DNA of 50,683 bases from a virus (Duplodnaviria; Caudoviricetes): IMG/VR virus record IMGVR_UViG_3300043409_001053, positions 1 through 50,683 of that record. One strand, given 5' to 3'. Made by a program: the position numbers and the translations under genes. Shown here one piece after another: positions 44,305 through 50,683 of this stretch. The notes below the pieces were generated by a model. That model was not told where the DNA came from. It did not search any database and saw nothing but the letters and a program-made list of their open reading frames with translations. Each line of letters starts with the position of its first letter. The first letter of the stretch is position 1.

Positions 44305-45594
44305 TTAAAACGTTTTGAATCCAGAAGCAATTCTTGCATCAATATCCATGTACGTAGGGAATCCGTTAGAAGCAAAAGCTATTGACTTATCCAAAATCAA
44401 ACGTGCATCTCTCTTAACAATCGCAAAACCGATATGGTCAGAGATATACAACTCTTCTGTTTGATTTTTCGGATTTCTAACTCTTTCAGTCATCAATCCT
44501 CTGTACACCAATTTAACCATTGCTTTCTCTGGAGAAACAAAGATAATTTGATTCGCAGGTGGCACGTGAGTGTCAATGTCGAACACCTCTGGAACACCGA
44601 TGATTGAACGGATGCTTGATAGATTAGTACCACCGTTAAATCCTTCAAACTTATCAATACCTGTGATGTTGATTCCATCGTCTTCACCTGTAATGATTCT
44701 TGTGTAAGGCTGACCTAAACGCTTACCTCTTGTGAACGCTCTTTTGATGTCTTTATAAGCAAAAGAAGAAGTAGTTTCAACACCAATTACAGGAGCTGAC
44801 TCTGATAAATCACTTTGCTCACCATTAATCAAAGTACTCATTGCCAATACGTCAGCACCAATCGCCATATCATTACCTACTTCACCTAAGAAGATAAATA
44901 AAATATCCATTGAACTTTCAAACAACAATTCATAAGTAATAGTAAAACCAGTACCTACTTTGAAAACTTTAGCTTCTTTTTGACCGAATGCTACAGAACC
45001 CATTGGAATATCTGCTCCTTCATTCACGATAGAAGGCATACCGTCACCACGCAAAATCTGTGGCATCTTAATACTTCTTTGTGAGATGTTTTGACTTGAC
45101 ACAATCCAATTTGTATGTAATGCACTATGAACATAACCTGTTCTAATTGCTGTACCGATCAATTCAGGAATCAAAAATCTATAAGCTTCACTTATTTGAC
45201 TTGTGTTACCTGAAACTGAATCATTCATCATCGTAGAATGCTCAAGCATCATATTTTCAAATGATGATAAATTCAAGTTGTCATATCCTAATACTTGACA
45301 AGCATCCGAAAGAGACATTGAATTAGTGTGAATACCTAGTTGAGACAATAATGTCTTAACGTCAGTATCGAAATACATGTTGACAGCTTTCTCGAAAGAA
45401 ATATCAACAGGATTCATTTTTTTACCTTTTTTGTTTTCTGCCGTTCCTTTTCTCAAAGAAACCAAAGCACTTGCAAACTTAGGTAATTCTGACAATACGG
45501 TTTCAGTAACATCTACATGCTTCTCTGTTCCGTGATTGTTTTTCTTTAATGATAAATTGTGTTCTTTCAATTTACCTAGCTCTAATACCGCCAT
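44305..45594 (-). CDS. major capsid protein (HK97 fold)
   Basis: FLIPE.I, VNEGADIP, K.G.GFTITYE, LING; size and position. Confidence 0.88.
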   Translation of the reverse strand: MAVLELGKLKEHNLSLKKNNHGTEKHVDVTETVLSELPKFASALVSLRKGTAENKKGKKMNPVDISFEKAVNMYFDTDVKTLLSQLGIHTNSMSLSDACQVLGYDNLNLSSFENMMLEHSTMMNDSVSGNTSQISEAYRFLIPELIGTAIRTGYVHSALHTNWIVSSQNISQRSIKMPQILRGDGMPSIVNEGADIPMGSVAFGQKEAKVFKVGTGFTITYELLFESSMDILFIFLGEVGNDMAIGADVLAMSTLINGEQSDLSESAPVIGVETTSSFAYKDIKRAFTRGKRLGQPYTRIITGEDDGINITGIDKFEGFNGGTNLSSIRSIIGVPEVFDIDTHVPPANQIIFVSPEKAMVKLVYRGLMTERVRNPKNQTEELYISDHIGFAIVKRDARLILDKSIAFASNGFPTYMDIDARIASGFKTF

Positions 45595-45641
45595 GTCTTT
45601 TTTTATTTAAAATTTAAAACAATTTTATCAAAGTAACGCTA

Positions 45642-46070
45642 TTAAGCAATTACTTTCTCAAAATTTAACAATCCTATTCTGATTTCAGTATTAGCCGCAC
45701 CACCTGAAAGAATAATACCTTTTACTTTGTTTGTACTTACTGCTGTAACAACTTCAGGAACTCCACCTGTAACTGTTCCATTATGCACTACAAAACCACC
45801 TGCTGTAGCTGTACCACCTTTCATGATAACTAAGGCATCTATTGAATAGATAGTAACGTTAATTGTTACTATTTCTCCATTTAAACCACCTACTTCACAA
45901 TATCCGATAGCTAAATCAGTTGCACCTGCTGGAGCTACTGTTCCGTTACCTGAAATCTTTACTGGCTGTCCTTGAACTAAATCAGCGGACGCTATAAATG
46001 TTTGGCACATAATGCCAGCCTTATTTTTATATAAGGTCTTACTTGCTGACTGAATTGATCCTGTACTCAT
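45642..46070 (-). CDS. head decoration / cement protein
   Basis: small Gly/Ala/Val-rich protein (GQPVKI...AIG) upstream of the capsid gene. Confidence 0.7.
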   Translation of the reverse strand: MSTGSIQSASKTLYKNKAGIMCQTFIASADLVQGQPVKISGNGTVAPAGATDLAIGYCEVGGLNGEIVTINVTIYSIDALVIMKGGTATAGGFVVHNGTVTGGVPEVVTAVSTNKVKGIILSGGAANTEIRIGLLNFEKVIA

Positions 46071-46084
46071 GTCTTTATTTTATT

Positions 46085-47527
46085 TTAATGATTACTAATT
46101 ACTTTATCAATGAAGGACATTGAATCATCTGCTAAATCTTCGTTTCCGAAACTTGAATCATCTTCTTGCGAAGAACGAAATTCAATCTCGTTCGATTTGC
46201 ATTTTTTACATTTACCTCCAAATGTGTTGATAGCCTTACCGCCAAACATTTCTATTTTAACTTCAAGCTTTTCTAAAGACGTTTCGCCTTTAAGCTCTTC
46301 TACTATAGTGTCACTTGCTTTGTCTCCGTAGCTCTTTCTGTATAACTCAACAGCATAGCTCTTTCTTTTCTCAAAGATTGAATCAGCAAATTCACCTTTT
46401 GCAGTTAAAGAAGTAACCTTAGTTTCTAAGTTAGATTTGTCAGCTTTCAAAGTAACAACCTCAGATTCCAAAGTAGATACTTTCTTTGTCAAATTATCAA
46501 CAGACAAATTCGCTGTATCTAATTGGCTAGTGATAGCATCTAATTCTGTTGTGTCCTTACCTTTTTCAGCATCTAATTTTAACTTGTCAAGTTCTTCAAC
46601 TTTCAAAAATGAATACTGAGCAATCATTTCAGGAGTTAACTCTTCTGCTTTAACACCTAAAGAGAGAGCTAATTTTTCTAAAACTTCATTCATTTCGTTT
46701 TCATTTAAATTATTTTCCGATTTTCCCAAACTTAATGATTTTTTACGACCTAAGCAAAAATCAATAACAAACTTATTTTGAGAATCAAATAATTCTTTTA
46801 TAGGTTGTGATGCTTGTAAACTTACAACCCCATCCATATCTACATATTTGACCTCTCCATCTTCATCTAAGATACCTGCAAAAGGGTCAGCTCCTAGCCA
46901 AACTAAAGAACTCTCATAATAGTCTGTAATCTTTGTTACAATTCTACGTACCATAGTTCCATCTATCATTTCACCTAAGTGCCAATAAAAGTCATTTGGT
47001 CTTTCAAATTCATGTGATGCTTCCCACTCGAAGTTCACCGTTACAGAAGATGATTTAACACTCGGTGTTTTACCGCTCATTTTGCGGACATATTGAGGAT
47101 ATAATACTCCATCTATTCGCATAGGGGCATCTATTCCAGCAGGTATTTTAACGCCTTTTTTGTTCACGTATGAAGTTGACCACTTCGCTTTTCCTACAAC
47201 TCCTATTTCGTTTCCTACACGTAAATCATGGTTCAAATATACTGGCTTCTCTTCCAATAATTTCATGGAAGCTTTCAGCACCTTTTCATCTGAGAAATCA
47301 GTTGCTTTCCACGAACCGCCACCCACTAATGTAGCTGAAAGTTGCCTAAATGGGAACTCTACAAAATCATCATCTGATATTACTGGATTAAGAGCATCCA
47401 TAGGTAAATCAAAGCTTCCCCCTTTAGCCAAAATCATTTCTTTAGCCAAACTAGAACTATGATTTATCATATCACTATCAACCGCACTACAGAAGTTGAT
47501 TTTTAAATTGCCTTTTATTTTCGTCAT
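46085..47527 (-). CDS. prohead protease with scaffold-like coiled coil
   Basis: PVYLNHD...IG, SSSV, ESSLVWLGADP, then a long coiled coil and CxxC. Confidence 0.75.
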   Translation of the reverse strand: MTKIKGNLKINFCSAVDSDMINHSSSLAKEMILAKGGSFDLPMDALNPVISDDDFVEFPFRQLSATLVGGGSWKATDFSDEKVLKASMKLLEEKPVYLNHDLRVGNEIGVVGKAKWSTSYVNKKGVKIPAGIDAPMRIDGVLYPQYVRKMSGKTPSVKSSSVTVNFEWEASHEFERPNDFYWHLGEMIDGTMVRRIVTKITDYYESSLVWLGADPFAGILDEDGEVKYVDMDGVVSLQASQPIKELFDSQNKFVIDFCLGRKKSLSLGKSENNLNENEMNEVLEKLALSLGVKAEELTPEMIAQYSFLKVEELDKLKLDAEKGKDTTELDAITSQLDTANLSVDNLTKKVSTLESEVVTLKADKSNLETKVTSLTAKGEFADSIFEKRKSYAVELYRKSYGDKASDTIVEELKGETSLEKLEVKIEMFGGKAINTFGGKCKKCKSNEIEFRSSQEDDSSFGNEDLADDSMSFIDKVISNH

Positions 47528-47567
47528 GGCTTTATTTTTTTACTAAAATATATAAATTACTAACTAA

Positions 47568-49994
47568 TTACAAATCACTAACTATGCGACCTCTGCAAAA
47601 ACAATGGAAAGGAGTCATCATACCCAATCCTTGAACCTCACTAGCTGTTAACTTTTTAAAGTCATCTGGCTTGTATTTTGTTGCAAACGGTGTGATGTTG
47701 TCTATCTCACTTGGATCGCTTGAAGTTACTTTGTCTATCACGTCTACATAGCTTTTAACCGACATTATCATACCATCAGCATGAGAGCAATATTCACATG
47801 TTTTCGAGTCCATAACTTCAACTACTTCAAAGTTTGTTACTTGTGCTTGATTCATGTAGTTTACATTTCCGAACGTCCTAGACTTGCTTACATTTGTTTC
47901 TACTATTCGTCTTATTTTCCAAGATTCTAGTTTTACAGTCTTTTCAAACTCATTTAGAAACTTTTGAGTACTCATGTTGTCTCCAATAGGTAAATTACCA
48001 TCTTCAAAGGCTTGTGCTACCCATTTATTCATTCTATCAATAGTATCTTGGTCTGTAATGAATTTACCTAGCCAAATGCCGTCTACTGTTTTCAAGTATT
48101 CGATAGTTCTGTAATCTAATGTTCCAAATACTGATTCTGGAATATCAAAGAATGAGCTTGTTTCCTTTTTGAAGTTTTTAGCCTGTCTAAATACATTGTC
48201 GTTCTTTCTTGAGTAGTTATATAACTGCTCTACGTTTGAATCAATTGTATCTGCAATTTTAGAACTAAAGTTAGATTGCCAATCCATAAATAGAGAGGTT
48301 ATAACTGCATCTTGCCACGTTTTTAAATCCGTTGAATGGTCAAACTTTTTAATCTGACTTTCAAGATTTGGCTTTGCTTTCTTTACTGCTTTCTGAAATT
48401 GTTCATTGATTTTGTTTATGTATCTTTTAGTTTTAGAGTTAATAAACGAATCTCCAAAGTCTGTATATTCTGCAAATGACAAAGTATCATCACAACCACT
48501 TGGAATATCATAATTAAACTGAGGTGTGTTTCCTTTTATTGCTTTTATCAATTCTTCTTTGTTTGGCTTATCTTCTTTAACTGGAACAACTGGATTTACT
48601 GAAACTCTAGGCTCTTTCTCTTTAGGTTTATCATATCCCATTAAATTAGCAAATTTCACCTGGTCAATTATACCTTGTTCATATTCTTTTTTATGTAAAT
48701 CGAATCTTTTATTTTGAGTATCAACTTCTTTTTGTTCATCATAAACTAATGGCCTGTTGAATTTAACTTTTATAGTTTTTGGATTGAACCCTGCTAGTAA
48801 TAACTCTTGTACAATACAGACCTCTAAGAATGTCGCTACTATAGTTTGATAGTTTTCAACTTGCTTAGACATCTTTGTTAAGATTACTTTTGCAAAAGAT
48901 TCTGTAGTACTGAAATTCTCACCATACATTGACGGATCTTGTTTCGTTCCTGCAAATACAAGCTTCTTAACAATATCCATCAAACCCTCTGCCCCTTGAG
49001 TGTTCATGTTGTTACCAGAAATCTCAAACTTATGACTACCTTCAAAACCAACGGCTATACCCTTACTAAATGATGCTTCTGCCTGTGGTAATGTTGATTG
49101 AAGATATTCACTACATCTAGTTCTATATTGTTCGGGTGTTTCCCCTTCATCTTGTCTAGGTGCTTTAACTAATACGCTTAAAAACCCCAACATACCCACT
49201 CTTTTCATCATGTTACGAAAGCCGTTAATCATGTCGCCTTCTGTAAGTAAGTCTTCTATTGCAGAAAAGTAAGGAGCTACACCATAAGGTGTATTTTTGT
49301 ATCTCTTAAGTGCGATATATGAATAGGTGTTTATATTCAATTCAATGTAACCTCCAGAACTTCCGTAAGCTTGATTTACATTTTGTTGCATCGGTATGAA
49401 TGTATCATTTTCCTTATCGTATGCAAATCTGACATTAACAGGTGACACTCTTACAATCTTCTTTATACCGCTTAGATTGTCTTTTATTACTCTTTCTGAG
49501 CTTATACAACCAAATACACACGCTTGAACAAACAAATCTACTACGAGTCCATTAACACCGTCAGAATGCTCATACCATCCACCCATTACTGAGTCAATAT
49601 GTTCTTTCATTTTAGAAATCTCTGAGCTAGATTTACCTGAACCATAATCTACAGTAAAACCATTGTTCCCTAGACTTACTATGTTTTCAACGGCATAAGA
49701 TATATGTCGATTATACACTTGAAGATTCTCAAGCATTGGAAGTAAATTAAAAGGATAGTCTACTGGAATAGGGGATAATGAGCTACCGAAAAATTGATTT
49801 GTATTTTCTGGAACTGAACTTCTTCCTGCTTTGGCTGGAACTGTTACCGTAACTGGTGATTGGTCAAATCTACTCTTTTCGTATTTTTCAAGAACTTCTA
49901 ATAAAATATCTATAGATTCTTGTTTTGCTTCTGAAATAACTGATTCTTTAGCTATTTTCTCAAAAAATTTATATCCGAATATATTCATAATCAT
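47568..49994 (-). CDS. portal protein fused to a Mu gpF-like minor head domain
   Basis: PYG..P...A portal-like segment; C-terminal RIVETN...D.KTCEYC...PFHCFCRG. Confidence 0.8.
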   Translation of the reverse strand: MIMNIFGYKFFEKIAKESVISEAKQESIDILLEVLEKYEKSRFDQSPVTVTVPAKAGRSSVPENTNQFFGSSLSPIPVDYPFNLLPMLENLQVYNRHISYAVENIVSLGNNGFTVDYGSGKSSSEISKMKEHIDSVMGGWYEHSDGVNGLVVDLFVQACVFGCISSERVIKDNLSGIKKIVRVSPVNVRFAYDKENDTFIPMQQNVNQAYGSSGGYIELNINTYSYIALKRYKNTPYGVAPYFSAIEDLLTEGDMINGFRNMMKRVGMLGFLSVLVKAPRQDEGETPEQYRTRCSEYLQSTLPQAEASFSKGIAVGFEGSHKFEISGNNMNTQGAEGLMDIVKKLVFAGTKQDPSMYGENFSTTESFAKVILTKMSKQVENYQTIVATFLEVCIVQELLLAGFNPKTIKVKFNRPLVYDEQKEVDTQNKRFDLHKKEYEQGIIDQVKFANLMGYDKPKEKEPRVSVNPVVPVKEDKPNKEELIKAIKGNTPQFNYDIPSGCDDTLSFAEYTDFGDSFINSKTKRYINKINEQFQKAVKKAKPNLESQIKKFDHSTDLKTWQDAVITSLFMDWQSNFSSKIADTIDSNVEQLYNYSRKNDNVFRQAKNFKKETSSFFDIPESVFGTLDYRTIEYLKTVDGIWLGKFITDQDTIDRMNKWVAQAFEDGNLPIGDNMSTQKFLNEFEKTVKLESWKIRRIVETNVSKSRTFGNVNYMNQAQVTNFEVVEVMDSKTCEYCSHADGMIMSVKSYVDVIDKVTSSDPSEIDNITPFATKYKPDDFKKLTASEVQGLGMMTPFHCFCRGRIVSDL

Positions 49995-50030
49995 TACCTT
50001 TAGTCTGTTATATAGCCAAAGGTAATGATT
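49989..50030 (-). promoter_or_regulatory. 13-bp inverted repeat containing a promoter element and the portal start codon
   Basis: aatcattaccttt 49989-50001 / aaaggtaatgatt 50018-50030; TACCTTTG at 50017-50024. Confidence 0.6.
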
Positions 50031-50038
50031 TTTTTACA

Positions 50039-50377
50039 CTAATTAAGTATCTTTCTTTGTTGCTCAATTACCCATTTTTCAAGAAATTCATCTTCTGTTA
50101 ATTCCATTACTGTAACGACATAATAATACAAAGTAGTATTCATTACATAAGCATTATATCTAACCGAAAAGTACTTACTATCAATTTCTATTGTGTGAAA
50201 TAACACTATCTTTTTTGTGTCGTCGTGGTCAAGCCTAAATAAAGTATCTGAATTATCCGACATTACAAAGTTTACCACGTTGTTAATTGTTGACTGTTCA
50301 ATATCTGAAAGTGGCAATAATGGATAATCAAAACCATGCGATATATTTACAAAATCGTGCTTCACACTATAAATCAT
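50039..50377 (-). CDS. hypothetical protein
   Basis: 112-aa ORF. Confidence 0.65.
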   Translation of the reverse strand: MIYSVKHDFVNISHGFDYPLLPLSDIEQSTINNVVNFVMSDNSDTLFRLDHDDTKKIVLFHTIEIDSKYFSVRYNAYVMNTTLYYYVVTVMELTEDEFLEKWVIEQQRKILN

Positions 50378-50636
50378 TTAATATTGTGTGAATCTCCATG
50401 TAAGAAGATGTTTGTATTTTCTTAACTTCTTTTTTAGCCTTCGATAAGCATAAAGATTTAAACCTTGTTTTGATCGTGACATAATAAGTTTCTTTATGTG
50501 TCTTGCTATATACATCTGTTACATTTACTGCAATGTTATAGCTCACTATAGGATACTTTCTGTCTAAGAAGATTAGAAGTGCCGTAATTATCATTAAAGC
50601 ACTAAATACAGCAGGGAATATTATTTCAATTTTCAT
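50367..50636 (-). CDS. hypothetical membrane-anchored protein
   Basis: N-terminal TM helix. Confidence 0.65.
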   Translation of the reverse strand: MKIEIIFPAVFSALMIITALLIFLDRKYPIVSYNIAVNVTDVYSKTHKETYYVTIKTRFKSLCLSKAKKEVKKIQTSSYMEIHTILNDL

Positions 50637-50683
50637 AATTTTAAATTCTTTCGTTCGAAACTTTAATCCAAACAGGTTTTTTC

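Noticed and set aside
44493-44687. 64-aa alternative-frame ORF in the capsid gene
   Set aside because: Nested in the capsid gene with no motifs or start signals
2039-50025. All + strand ORFs in the ORF track
   Set aside because: They are short antisense shadows of well-supported - strand genes, with Ser/Phe/Ile-rich composition and no recognisable motifs
50637-50683. Exact circular junction with position 1
   Set aside because: No terminal repeat visible; joining the ends gives only a 22-aa ORF, so closure cannot be claimed
1-50683. Alternative genetic code (stop-codon reassignment)
   Set aside because: Long conserved genes are intact in the standard code, and TAA, TAG and TGA all end genes at sensible positions

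Overview
A ~30% GC tailed-phage genome, nearly complete and apparently circularly permuted, with all convincing genes on the - strand. The host is inferred to be Bacteroidota from many TAnnTTTG -7 promoter elements, A-rich start regions without Shine-Dalgarno, and a DUF4494-like gene. In transcription order the modules are: portal fused to a Mu gpF-like domain, protease/scaffold, capsid and neck (49994-41407); contractile tail with sheath, gp19-like tube, frameshifted chaperone, tape measure, baseplate and fibres (41349-21875); holin; adenine MTase, SSB, HNH, recombination and replication genes (21728-13423); GH19 endolysin and u-spanin; small accessory genes; a ParB / glycosyltransferase / TET-JBP dioxygenase DNA-modification cassette just upstream of the terminase; a tRNA-like non-coding block; and more small genes. 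No integrase, DNA polymerase, reverse transcriptase or CRISPR array was seen. Most notable: (1) the TET/JBP-GT cassette is followed by a 31-codon remnant that looks like the two ends of a deleted C5-cytosine MTase, then a repeat array before terS; (2) an attC-like fold-back element and a gene flanked by complementary GTTATGCCTT/AAGGCATAAC cores, resembling an integron cassette in a phage; (3) a palindromic operator in five promoters; (4) a tRNA-like RNA lacking an anticodon arm plus a candidate sRNA; (5) a recent 285-bp in-frame duplication in the tape measure gene. All family assignments come from motif recognition by eye, not database searches.
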